Shown here in pieces: positions 14,136-22,575 of a stretch of DNA of 64,000 nt. This DNA is from a virus (lineage: Duplodnaviria > Heunggongvirae > Uroviricota > Caudoviricetes). How positions within the stretch are numbered: the stretch's first letter is position 1; the number at the start of each line of letters is the position of its first letter. Where the stretch lies: the IMG/VR virus record IMGVR_UViG_3300027608_000020; one strand, written 5' to 3'. Position numbers and translations under genes: made by a program. The notes beneath the pieces are model-generated. The model was not told the DNA's origin, made no database searches, and saw nothing but the letters and a program-made list of their open reading frames with translations.

Positions 14136-14320
14136 CATTACCCAAAGACGGAAGCAGATGGTCTGGAAACGATAGTAAGATCTTTTTTGTAATTCGAACT
14201 ATCGATCTTCCCGATGGACACACATGGGTCCATTACAGAGAAAAAAGCAATACTGAGCCAAGAGAATACAGTTGCTATGTAGAAAGCTTCCTCCAACGTT
14301 TTAGAGAGTTACCAGAATGA
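14123..14320 (+). CDS. hypothetical protein
   Basis: 65 aa; overlapping starts and stops in an operon-like run. Confidence 0.4.
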   Translation: MVQVTLPKDGSRWSGNDSKIFFVIRTIDLPDGHTWVHYREKSNTEPREYSCYVESFLQRFRELPE

Positions 14321-14673
14321 GATTAGAAGGTTTTGTTAAAAAGGGTTGGGGTTCTGAATTAATTTGGGCCACCAATGACAAGTACTGCGGAAAATTGATG
14401 CGATTTAATACTGGTGCAAAGTTTAGTCTGCACTTTCACAAAGATAAAGAAGAAACGTGGTATGTATTAGATGGCTTATTTTTTGTCAAGTGGATCGATA
14501 CTACTACCGCTGAAGAATACACAACATATCTCAAACCGGGAGATACATGGCATAATGAACCATGCAAGCCTCATCAATTAATTTGCCAAGAAGAAGGTAC
14601 AATAATTGAAGTTAGTACTCCGGATTCGGTTGAAGACAACTATCGTGTGGGTAAAGGCGATAGTCAAAAATGA
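14317..14673 (+). CDS. cupin-domain protein
   Basis: GWGSE...HFHKDKEETWYVLDG cupin motif. Confidence 0.55.
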   Translation: MRLEGFVKKGWGSELIWATNDKYCGKLMRFNTGAKFSLHFHKDKEETWYVLDGLFFVKWIDTTTAEEYTTYLKPGDTWHNEPCKPHQLICQEEGTIIEVSTPDSVEDNYRVGKGDSQK

Positions 14674-15089
14674 CCACGGTGATGGTGAATGGTACATTTG
14701 ATGTACTTCACCCGGGGCATATTGCGTTGTTAAACACCGCACATAGTTATGGTGACTATCTTATTGTTGCCATTGACACAGATCGTCGTGTTCGAGAACT
14801 TAAGGGCAATAGTCGACCTATCAATAATCAAAACGATCGCAGGATCATGCTATCTGCTCTTAAAGCAGTAGACATTGTTGAATTATTTGATAGCACTGAA
14901 GATTTGATTGGTTTGATGAAACGTTACCAGCCAGACGTATATGTCAAAGGCAGCGACTGGAAACAGGATAAAAAATCTACAGCACACGAATATTGTAACA
15001 AAGTAGTATATTTTGACAGGATTGAAGAATATTCTTCTACAGATATCATAGCCCGCTGTAGTTCAATGGATAGAACGGGGTCCTCCTAA
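14670..15089 (+). CDS. cytidylyltransferase-family nucleotidyltransferase (RfaE domain II / TagD-like)
   Basis: NGTFDVLHPGHI (HxGH) ... RVRELKG...RPI ... SALKAVDIV; 3' end reads into tRNA-Arg. Confidence 0.7.
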   Translation: MTTVMVNGTFDVLHPGHIALLNTAHSYGDYLIVAIDTDRRVRELKGNSRPINNQNDRRIMLSALKAVDIVELFDSTEDLIGLMKRYQPDVYVKGSDWKQDKKSTAHEYCNKVVYFDRIEEYSSTDIIARCSSMDRTGSS

Positions 15090-15126
15090 GACTCAAATCC
15101 AGGTTCGATTCCTGGTGGTGGGACCA
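15052..15126 (+). tRNA. tRNA-Arg(CCT)
   Basis: gggtc-ctCCTaa-gactc; D stem gttc/gaac; T-arm ccagg-ttcgatt-cctgg; CCA. Confidence 0.65.
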
Positions 15127-15130
15127 TATA

Positions 15131-15179
15131 TGGCCAAACTCACTGTGGCGTAGACCATACAGTTTGGTTTTCTTTTAGG
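15131..15179 (+). terminator. hairpin (ccaaact...agtttgg) followed by a T-run
   Basis: inverted repeat then ttttctttt immediately after the tRNA. Confidence 0.4.
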
Positions 15180-15208
15180 TTGACTTATGGTAAAACCAGC
15201 GTTATAAT
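15180..15208 (+). promoter_or_regulatory. sigma70-like promoter TTGACT-17-TATAAT
   Basis: near-consensus hexamers, 17-nt spacer. Confidence 0.5.
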
Positions 15209-15214
15209 AGTGGT

Positions 15215-15442
15215 ATGTATAAAATAATAGGAAAAGAAGAAACACTCAAAGTTCTTACACTTGCCGAAGCAATGAACGTTGCTAAGTGCATGAACGAATT
15301 TGTAAGAATCGTTGGAACAGATTTTGAAATCGTTGGGATGTTTGGTGTGGACGCTGTGAAGAACGGACTATGCCCAGACGGTGTTGCCTACGATTGGAAT
15401 AAGGCATCACGTATTGGTCGTGTTAAAAAGGAACGAGTGTAA
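15215..15442 (+). CDS. hypothetical protein
   Basis: 75 aa. Confidence 0.45.
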   Translation: MYKIIGKEETLKVLTLAEAMNVAKCMNEFVRIVGTDFEIVGMFGVDAVKNGLCPDGVAYDWNKASRIGRVKKERV

Positions 15443-15648
15443 TGGCAATATCAAGAGCAGAACAAAGTGTTACTAAGTATAATCTAGAACAATATCGGTT
15501 GGATCAGGCTCGTTTGGGGAAACAAAGAACCGATGATTACAGCAAAAAGATTGAAGAGCGTAGGCTTGATCAAATCATAGCAGAACGAGTAGCAAGAAAT
15601 ATTCGTTTAGATTTAGACAAAGGTCGACACATTGACATTGAATGTTAA
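15442..15648 (+). CDS. hypothetical protein
   Basis: 68 aa; ATG overlaps the upstream stop. Confidence 0.4.
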   Translation: MAISRAEQSVTKYNLEQYRLDQARLGKQRTDDYSKKIEERRLDQIIAERVARNIRLDLDKGRHIDIEC

Positions 15649-15658
15649 GGAGGCAATT

Positions 15659-16216
15659 ATGCCATGGATTCAAAACGTTGCACTAAGCGACATCAAAAAA
15701 GGGTTTCATTTTGACCCCGGAGTTAATGCCATGCTGATTCAGATTGTGGATCCGCCTGGTGATTTTCCTGTACCAAAATATACGTTCAAAGAAGTTCATC
15801 AGTTTGAATTTTTAGACATTGAAGAAAAGGATTTTGCACTTGAAGAATCTATGCGTTGCAGTCACGAGCAGGCCGCCGAGCTTGTTCGATTATTGCAACA
15901 TGCATTAGAGAATAGGATGAACGTCATTGTGCATTGTGTAGCAGGTGTATGTCGTAGCGGTGCAGTTTGCGAGCTTGGTGTCATGATGGGGTTTGATGAT
16001 ACTGAAGTTTTTCGTAGTCCCAACCTGTTAGTCAAGCATCGCATGATGAAACACCTAGGATGGACCTATGATGAAAATGAGCCGCACTCTATTAATGGGG
16101 TGACACTCGAGTCAGGTTTGATCATTCCTAAGAAAGCAATAGACTGGACCAATGACAATGAGAAAGTTTTTACATTAGCGGCTGAGAGACGAGAACGTAG
16201 AAAATTAATACCTTGA
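15659..16216 (+). CDS. dual-specificity / tyrosine protein phosphatase
   Basis: HCVAGVCRSGA (CX5R P-loop); AGGAGG RBS before ATG 15659. Confidence 0.7.
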   Translation: MPWIQNVALSDIKKGFHFDPGVNAMLIQIVDPPGDFPVPKYTFKEVHQFEFLDIEEKDFALEESMRCSHEQAAELVRLLQHALENRMNVIVHCVAGVCRSGAVCELGVMMGFDDTEVFRSPNLLVKHRMMKHLGWTYDENEPHSINGVTLESGLIIPKKAIDWTNDNEKVFTLAAERRERRKLIP

Positions 16217-16241
16217 CAGACTCTGTGTCTGATGTTATAAT
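16213..16241 (+). promoter_or_regulatory. sigma70-like promoter TTGACA-17-TATAAT
   Basis: exact consensus. Confidence 0.55.
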
Positions 16242-16268
16242 ATTACATTAAACAGTGAAAGGCATATA

Positions 16269-16439
16269 ATGGCTGGCAAAGCAAAATCAGTTTATCTCAC
16301 AGTAACTACCTTGGATCACAAAACAGTTTTCCATCGTATGTTTTTTGATGCAAAGCACTATAACGATTACGTCAAGACTGAAGAGTTTAAAGCAAAGTAT
16401 CCGACAACAGAATTTAAAATTGTAAAAGAGACATATTAA
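16269..16439 (+). CDS. small hypothetical protein (56 aa)
   Basis: AAAGG RBS; fills the gap between annotated ORFs. Confidence 0.3.
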   Translation: MAGKAKSVYLTVTTLDHKTVFHRMFFDAKHYNDYVKTEEFKAKYPTTEFKIVKETY

Positions 16440-16454
16440 AGAAAGGAGGGCAAG

Positions 16455-17060
16455 ATGCCTAGTGTATTTTTAGTTAGCGACACGCATTTCGGACATACCG
16501 GCGTCTGCCGCTTCACTCGTAACGATGGTGTTACAAAATTACGTCCATGGGACTCTGCTGAGGAAATGGACGAAGCAATGGTCAAGGCGTGGAACGAAAG
16601 GGTAAAACCCACTGACAAGGTCTACCATTTAGGTGACGTAGTTATTAACCGTAAGGCTTTAAGTACCTTAGCCCGTTTAAACGGCGACAAGGTTTTGATT
16701 CGCGGCAACCACGACATCTTCCGCGATGACGAGTACAGGATATACTTTAGAGAATTACGTGCATATCATGTTATGGACGGAATGATCTTAAGCCATATTC
16801 CGTTACACTCAGATTCAATGGGGCGATTTGGCACTAACATTCACGGACATACTCATGCAAATCGTGTGAAGAAGGCTCGTGGTGTTGATGCTAGAACTGG
16901 AGAGGTTTTATACAGCGATGAGAACGATGTACGGTATCATTGCGTTTGCGTAGAACAAACTCCGGACTTTGCGCCTATCTTGTTTGAAGATGTTAAAGGG
17001 CGTATTAAGGAAGAAGGCGGTAGTATTGACTTTAGGAACGGAAACGGTCCTACAATGTAA
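16455..17060 (+). CDS. calcineurin-like metallophosphoesterase (Ser/Thr phosphatase-like)
   Basis: DTHFGH, GDVV, GNHD, GHTH metallophosphatase motifs. Confidence 0.7.
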   Translation: MPSVFLVSDTHFGHTGVCRFTRNDGVTKLRPWDSAEEMDEAMVKAWNERVKPTDKVYHLGDVVINRKALSTLARLNGDKVLIRGNHDIFRDDEYRIYFRELRAYHVMDGMILSHIPLHSDSMGRFGTNIHGHTHANRVKKARGVDARTGEVLYSDENDVRYHCVCVEQTPDFAPILFEDVKGRIKEEGGSIDFRNGNGPTM

Positions 17061-17690
17061 TTAGGCTATTTCTACTATAGGATGTAGTTTAATGGTTGGA
17101 TGGTCTAGTAGTGGTGTATAATCATAACTGACCATCCAACCCCAACTTTCATCTTTACGTAATTTGCTAGAATCAGCTTTTGGTCTAACAGCCCAGGGTA
17201 AGGCTCCATTCATCATATGGAATCGTGCTACTGGGTCTTTTTTATTGAATATGTATTCTTGTACTTCTTCAATACCGGGATTCTTTTTAAAGTTTTTACG
17301 AAGACTAGGTATTGGGCTTAATGTAATAAACTTTGAAATTCCTACATATCTTTTTTGTAGGTCTGCGGCGGCCTCAAATATTAATTCTTTTACAGACCCC
17401 TTGGCATTGTCTGCACCGGGTAACCGGAATACGGAATAAAACACAGCATAGTTAAAATCTACATCTTCCCGTTTATTCCAAAGTTCATTTGCAGTAGTGG
17501 GGCATTTATTTTTGAGCGCCACCTGAAGCATGGCACAAGGTTTGCCGTCCATGATAAGAGTATAAATGAGTCTATCATTTCCCAATCTTCTCATTAAATT
17601 CTTTTTTTCGTCCGTTGGATGTACCGGATCTAATTTGATTAAATCAATCCAGTTTGAATCAAACTCAGGTTGAAGATTGCACATGACCAT
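17061..17690 (-). CDS. malonyl-CoA decarboxylase (MCD) C-terminal catalytic-domain-like protein
   Basis: ITLSPIPSLRK (cf. MCD STLSPIPGF) and ARFHMMNGA (cf. RFHLGNGA). Confidence 0.55.
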   Translation of the reverse strand: MVMCNLQPEFDSNWIDLIKLDPVHPTDEKKNLMRRLGNDRLIYTLIMDGKPCAMLQVALKNKCPTTANELWNKREDVDFNYAVFYSVFRLPGADNAKGSVKELIFEAAADLQKRYVGISKFITLSPIPSLRKNFKKNPGIEEVQEYIFNKKDPVARFHMMNGALPWAVRPKADSSKLRKDESWGWMVSYDYTPLLDHPTIKLHPIVEIA

Positions 17691-17779
17691 GTTATTACTC
17701 TCTCATAACGCTATTTATAACGGTAGTTAATTTACTCACAATTACTTGACTTAAATACAATAACATGTTAAAGTTAACT

Positions 17780-17887
17780 GTGGCTGTAAGCGAAATTGGC
17801 ATAGCTCCGAAAAACCCGCCAAAGGTTTCAGGGATAGGTTTGAAGCCTAGCTTCACCTTGTAGGTTCAAGTCCTACCAGCCACACCA
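17780..17887 (+). tRNA. unusual 108-nt tRNA-like gene (two internal 7-nt-loop hairpins; TGA-type loop tttgaag in the second)
   Basis: perfect acceptor gtggctg/cagccac, A73-CCA, T-arm gtagg-ttcaagt-cctac; hairpins aaacc-cgccaaa-ggttt and tagg-tttgaag-ccta. Confidence 0.4.
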
Positions 17888-17894
17888 TTTTTAA

Positions 17895-17969
17895 GGGTCC
17901 TTAGTTCAACGGATAGAATGCCATGCTTCGAACTTGGCGATGTGGGTTCGATTCCTGCAGGGCCCGCCA
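17895..17969 (+). tRNA. tRNA-Arg(TCG) (one anticodon-stem mismatch)
   Basis: ccatg-ctTCGaa-cttgg; acceptor gggtcct/agggccc; CCA. Confidence 0.55.
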
Positions 17970-18031
17970 TATTATATACAAATATAATGGAAAGTTTTTT
18001 TAGGATAATTACTGATATATAGGGTAAGATC

Positions 18032-18760
18032 ATGAAAAAAGACGCCGCTTTTGACTGGTTCCAATTGGATAGAAAAACTCTTTTTGATATTTTATATCAA
18101 ACTCATGACAAAATAGTCAATCAACAACTTACGCCCGAGCAAATCCAGCGTAAGTTTAAAAATCAAATTAACCAATATATTCCTATTAGGTTTAGAAAAC
18201 TTTATTCAACTAAAGTAGATCCGGGAAAAGTTTGGATCGGTGGTGCATACTATAGTGACTTTGATGCAGAATATAAAAAATGCATTGAAATTAATTTCAA
18301 TTATCATAATAAAACAAAACCTGTAAAATTAAGTCCTAGAATGTTCTCTAGAATATGTTCAACATTTGCCGATACTGTGCTACATGAAATTATACACATG
18401 AGACAACACCGCCGTAGGAACTGGAAAACAACACCAGAGTTTCCTAGTACGGCCAGTAGAACTAAGCAAAGAGAAGAGCAGGGTTACCTAGGATGTAGAG
18501 ACGAGATTGATGCGTATGCATTTAATACTGCCTGTGAATTACATGAAATGTTTAACGGCAAAAAAACAAAGATTATAAACTACATAAATCAAAATCACAA
18601 AGGTAGATATACAAAAAATTGTTATATCATGTATCTAAAAGCATTTGGACACGATCACGGTCATCCTATAATAAAACATTTTAAGAAAAAAATAGTCAGT
18701 TATCTACCGCAAGCAGAAGTTGGGAAACCATATAAAAATAGCGAGTGGATTAATCATTAA
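18032..18760 (+). CDS. hypothetical protein with an HExxH (zinc metallopeptidase-like) motif
   Basis: VLHEIIHMRQ. Confidence 0.45.
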   Translation: MKKDAAFDWFQLDRKTLFDILYQTHDKIVNQQLTPEQIQRKFKNQINQYIPIRFRKLYSTKVDPGKVWIGGAYYSDFDAEYKKCIEINFNYHNKTKPVKLSPRMFSRICSTFADTVLHEIIHMRQHRRRNWKTTPEFPSTASRTKQREEQGYLGCRDEIDAYAFNTACELHEMFNGKKTKIINYINQNHKGRYTKNCYIMYLKAFGHDHGHPIIKHFKKKIVSYLPQAEVGKPYKNSEWINH

Positions 18761-18854
18761 TCTGACAGGGGCATTTCTGCATAGCAGATAGCAGTAGGTG
18801 AGAGGCCTATCAATCTAGTCGGAGGAACCACACGCCCTGCGGAGTCCGACAAGG

Positions 18855-18883
18855 TTGACAACATTCCTTAATTGTTGTATAGT
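18855..18883 (+). promoter_or_regulatory. sigma70-like promoter TTGACA-17-TATAGT
   Basis: consensus -35, 17-nt spacer. Confidence 0.5.
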
Positions 18884-18917
18884 ATAAGTTATTGCTGTAT
18901 GAAGCAGAAGGAAAGTT

Positions 18918-19019
18918 ATGTTAGGTTTATGTTTATTTTTAGCATTTTGGGTAGTATTTGGTATAGGTTATCTAACTAGAGATAAATCCAAAGACGAAGA
19001 AAAAACTTCGATCTTTTGA
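18918..19019 (+). CDS. small membrane peptide (33 aa)
   Basis: AGGAAAG RBS; MLGLCLFLAFWVVFGIGYLTRDKSKDEEKTSIF. Confidence 0.25.
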   Translation: MLGLCLFLAFWVVFGIGYLTRDKSKDEEKTSIF

Positions 19020-19025
19020 CCACTG

Positions 19026-19379
19026 ATGTCAGACTATCAGTTGGTCTGTTCTTTGATTAAAACTCAAGAACAAGTTGTTTACGATTACACCAAAAATAAA
19101 TGCAGTCTTATATTCACTGTATCCGTAATTAAAAACAAAGTTCGGTCTAAAAAAATCTCCACAGCAGTTTTCAAGTATGATAGAGATAACAAATGGTATC
19201 CGCATCACATTGAAGTATATTCCGGTTACAAACGAACGGGTGTTGCCACGGTGATGTACGACATTGTGCAAAGTGAGATTGACGGAGTACTAGTTCCAAG
19301 CGATGAACAAAGCGATGCGGCCCGAGAGTTTTGGCGTAACAGGTTATTGACAACTCCTCTGAATAAATATATACTGTAG
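19026..19379 (+). CDS. hypothetical protein (possible GNAT-like fold)
   Basis: 117 aa; RTGVATVMYD resembles the GNAT motif A region (weak). Confidence 0.4.
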   Translation: MSDYQLVCSLIKTQEQVVYDYTKNKCSLIFTVSVIKNKVRSKKISTAVFKYDRDNKWYPHHIEVYSGYKRTGVATVMYDIVQSEIDGVLVPSDEQSDAAREFWRNRLLTTPLNKYIL

Positions 19380-19394
19380 GTTATTGCTGTATGA

Positions 19395-19446
19395 AGCAAA
19401 GAGAAAAGTGTTCTGGACGGGGGTGCGAATCCCCCCATCTCCACCA
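19395..19446 (+). ncRNA. ssrA: tmRNA (ssrA) acceptor piece of a permuted two-piece tmRNA gene; 5' boundary uncertain
   Basis: tGGACgggggTGCGAATcccccCATCTCCACCA matches the canonical tmRNA 3' end (GGAC, T-arm, acceptor 3' strand, A73, CCA). Confidence 0.7.
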
Positions 19447-19516
19447 TAAGCATACTAGGTCGTTGAGTTAAAAAGTCGCATGTGATGCGCTCAGACTAAA
19501 ATAGTATGCTTTTGAT

Positions 19517-19722
19517 GGGGATGCATAGTTTCGACAGGGCAACAAGTAAATGAGTGGACAGCTCGGGAAAGCAGAACCCGTAGGATTGGGGTAACTCGGT
19601 CGTAGAAGCACAACACGTAAACGCAAACGACGAACAGTTCGCATTGGCCGCCTAACAGCCGCCTAGGGTAGGAAATACCTCGTAACAGAAACCACCAAGC
19701 CCACTTCGGTGGGCTTTTTTTT
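19517..19722 (+). ncRNA. ssrA: tmRNA coding piece (5' acceptor strand GGGGATG with G3.U70; tag ORF GCAAACGACGAACAGTTCGCATTGGCCGCCTAA = (A)ANDEQFALAA*)
   Basis: GGGGATGCATAGTTTCGACAGGG parallels E. coli GGGGCTGATTCTGGATTCGACGGG; tag 19623..19655 ends in ALAA and stops at UAA; ends at terminator 19697-19722. Confidence 0.7.
19697..19722 (+). terminator. rho-independent terminator (aagcccac-ttcg-gtgggctt plus T8)
   Basis: GC hairpin followed by a T-run. Confidence 0.7.
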
Positions 19723-19754
19723 GACTAAATAGCAGATAACAAGGATAAAATATC

Positions 19755-20483
19755 ATGGGAAGACCACTAAAAAAACGACTATTTGGCAACACCAACTTTG
19801 GGCTAGCGAGTACCACCACTGACGACGGACTAGGGGGCGGCAGAATTGCCAGTATAACAACTCAGGTCAAAGGCAGCCCCAACGTGACTGGCACACTCAC
19901 TGTGACCATACCTGCACCCACAGAACCAGGTGGTGTGACTGCAACTGCTACAGCCACAGTCACAAGTGGCAATGTTACCTTTGTAATAACCAATCCAGGA
20001 TCGGGCTACAGATCCGTCGTATTGCCCACAGTTACCAGCACCAGCGGACAAGACGTTGGCGATGACGAGGGTGGGTTGGGCTACCGTTTTAACGCAGTGG
20101 TAACTGGTGGTGTGGAACACATTAGAATCACAGCCAACATACTGGGGCTGACTAATAACACAGCTGACATTGTGAGACAGATGAGCAGCCGTAAATTCCT
20201 AGTTAAAAACGCCAATGGTGTGGCAGCGGCTCGACTGCATCCCGCAGGCATATACTACCATAGCAACTTGCCCGCAGGCTTCATGATCTTTTATGCAACA
20301 GACAATGCGTCAGCTAGATATGTGGTATCAAAGATCACAGCACATAGAGTGACCATAGTACGAGATCCCACAAGTAGCGGATGGTTGTTTGCGTCAGGTA
20401 CCAGTGTGCGGTGGCGCAGAAACAGTGGAGCAGACGGCGCTAGAACCAACGCTGATGTCTATCTAGACACACTATTGAACTAA
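19755..20483 (+). CDS. hypothetical Thr/Gly-rich protein (possible structural protein)
   Basis: 242 aa; GC content higher than the surroundings. Confidence 0.5.
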   Translation: MGRPLKKRLFGNTNFGLASTTTDDGLGGGRIASITTQVKGSPNVTGTLTVTIPAPTEPGGVTATATATVTSGNVTFVITNPGSGYRSVVLPTVTSTSGQDVGDDEGGLGYRFNAVVTGGVEHIRITANILGLTNNTADIVRQMSSRKFLVKNANGVAAARLHPAGIYYHSNLPAGFMIFYATDNASARYVVSKITAHRVTIVRDPTSSGWLFASGTSVRWRRNSGADGARTNADVYLDTLLN

Positions 20484-20560
20484 TTTTAGTCAAATAGACT
20501 TTAGTTCAAATATAATACAGACTGTAACACTAGTGTAATCGATTTTGCGTTAAATAGTTA

Positions 20561-21445
20561 ATGCAAAAAACTTACCGTAGTATTTTTGTGAGTGATGTCC
20601 ACTTGGGTACAAAAGACTGCAAGGCGGAACAACTCAATAATTTTCTCAAGCATAATTCATGCGATACTCTCTACCTCGTTGGTGATATCATCGATGCGTG
20701 GAAGATACAACAAAACAAATGGCGATGGAAACAAAGCCATACCAATGTAGTACGCAGAGTACTGGGACACGCCAAGCGTGGCACTAGAGTTGTATTCATA
20801 GCAGGCAATCATGATGAATTTTTAAGACCTATGATACCATATGGTTTTAGTTTTGGTCTGATTGAGATAAAAAATCAAACAGAACACATAGGCGCAGATG
20901 GTAAGCACTATCTGGTCACACACGGTGACTTATTTGACGGCATAACTCGTCTGGCACCCTGGATAGCTTTCTTAGGAGATAAAGCATATGACATTGTTCT
21001 TACAGTCAACAATAAGTTTAATTGGATTCGTCGCCGCATGGGTTTTGGGTACTTTAGCCTTAGCAAGTATCTTAAGTACAAGGTTAAAAAAGCAGTAGAC
21101 TTCGTGTTCAAGTTTGAAGAGAACTTGGCCAACTACTGTAAGAAGCGCGGCTTTGATGGAGTCATATGTGGACACATACATCACGCTGAGATAAAAGAAA
21201 TCAACGGTGTGATGTACATGAATGACGGCGACTGGGTCGAAAGTTGTACAGCACTTGTGGAGCATCACGATGGCCGTTGGGAGATAATTATATGGACCAA
21301 GGAGAAGGACGATGTGGATAATGTTATTGTTAGCGATACATTCAAACAATCCAAACGACATTCCCGGAAGGATAAGTCTGTTGTTTCCGGACCAGAAATC
21401 GTGCGAATTGACTCTGAAGACAATGTCATATCAACTAAAGTTTGA
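20561..21445 (+). CDS. LpxH-like calcineurin-type metallophosphoesterase
   Basis: SDVHLG, GDIID, GNHDE, THGD, GHIHH, DGDW motifs. Confidence 0.65.
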   Translation: MQKTYRSIFVSDVHLGTKDCKAEQLNNFLKHNSCDTLYLVGDIIDAWKIQQNKWRWKQSHTNVVRRVLGHAKRGTRVVFIAGNHDEFLRPMIPYGFSFGLIEIKNQTEHIGADGKHYLVTHGDLFDGITRLAPWIAFLGDKAYDIVLTVNNKFNWIRRRMGFGYFSLSKYLKYKVKKAVDFVFKFEENLANYCKKRGFDGVICGHIHHAEIKEINGVMYMNDGDWVESCTALVEHHDGRWEIIIWTKEKDDVDNVIVSDTFKQSKRHSRKDKSVVSGPEIVRIDSEDNVISTKV

Positions 21446-21466
21446 AAGTTTTAAGGTAGTAGGCGA

Positions 21467-22483
21467 ATGCAAAAAACAATCCTAATTGTTACAGATAATT
21501 TACCGGAGCAGATCAATGGTGTGGTTACAACCTACAAAAATATTGAGGCGTGTGCGGTTCGGGACAACTATCGTGTTGTATATCTTGATCCCAGGAGGTT
21601 CCGCTATGTTGATTGCCCTGGCTACAACGAAGTCAAGATTGCCTTTCCCTGGAAAATGGGCCAGATATTTGAGGAGATCAATCCGGATCATATCCACATC
21701 GCCACAGAGGGTCCTATGGGTTTGTGTGCTAGACAATATCTTGACAAACACGGTTATCGCTACAACACTGCTTATCATACTAAGTTTCCAGAAGGAATTA
21801 GAAAGCTGTTTGGCGTACCTGAGGCCCTTACTTGGCCTTTAGTACGTTGGTTCCACAAACACAGTGGTAAAGTATTAACCACTACAGATTCTATGGTAGC
21901 AGAACTTAAAGAACACGGGTTTGACGGAGAATTAATTTCATGGACTCGCGGAGTCGATCGTGATATATTCAATCCAAGTCAGCGTACAGGCACAGTAGTA
22001 AATGGCCCTATACTAGTATGTGTTAGCCGTGTGAGCAAAGAAAAGAATCTAGAAGCGTTCTTTGAAATGCCCTATGCGGGTGTTAAGTTCATGGTAGGTG
22101 ATGGTCCTATGTTGGAAGAGTACAGAACGCAGTATCCCGATGTAAAGTTTGTGGGTGCCAAGCGTGGTCAAGAACTAGCCAAATACTTTGCCATGGCAGA
22201 TGTATTTGTATTTCCCAGCCGTTGGGAAACATTTGGTATTGTTATGATTGAAGCAATGGCTTGCGGAACTCCTGTTGCCGCATATCCCGTACAAGGACCC
22301 TTGGATGTTATCGAACAGGGAGTAACTGGATTTATGGAAGAAGATTTAGCCACTGCTGTATATCGTTGTATGGGACTTAATAGAGACACAGTATTAGCAG
22401 GTAGCCAGAAATGGTCATGGCAGAGAGCTTGGGAGATATTCCGAGATAATTTAGTAGAAAAAGAAAAATTGGCTGCAAATTAA
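21467..22483 (+). CDS. glycosyltransferase, GT4 (GT-B) family
   Basis: ETFGIVMIEAMACGTPV (E-x7-E region) and the general GT4 layout. Confidence 0.7.
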   Translation: MQKTILIVTDNLPEQINGVVTTYKNIEACAVRDNYRVVYLDPRRFRYVDCPGYNEVKIAFPWKMGQIFEEINPDHIHIATEGPMGLCARQYLDKHGYRYNTAYHTKFPEGIRKLFGVPEALTWPLVRWFHKHSGKVLTTTDSMVAELKEHGFDGELISWTRGVDRDIFNPSQRTGTVVNGPILVCVSRVSKEKNLEAFFEMPYAGVKFMVGDGPMLEEYRTQYPDVKFVGAKRGQELAKYFAMADVFVFPSRWETFGIVMIEAMACGTPVAAYPVQGPLDVIEQGVTGFMEEDLATAVYRCMGLNRDTVLAGSQKWSWQRAWEIFRDNLVEKEKLAAN

Positions 22484-22504
22484 GCAATAATAAACCAATA
22501 TCTG

Positions 22505-22535
22505 TTGACATTGTAGTTAACGCGGATATATAATA
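22505..22535 (+). promoter_or_regulatory. sigma70-like promoter (TTGACA ... TATAAT); 15-mer ATATCTGTTGACATT repeated at 23449
   Basis: consensus -35; overlapping TATATA/TATAAT candidates 17-19 nt downstream. Confidence 0.5.
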
Positions 22536-22575
22536 GAGAATGATTTTATAAATCATCTTTTAAAAGGAAATATTA

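Noticed and set aside
19377-19447. 14-codon GTG ORF (VFWTGVRIPPSPP*) across the tmRNA acceptor piece
   Set aside because: It coincides with the tRNA-like domain and is almost certainly fortuitous.
20830-21361. minus-strand ORFs 20908..21132 and 20972..21361
   Set aside because: They lie antisense within the LpxH-like metallophosphoesterase gene.
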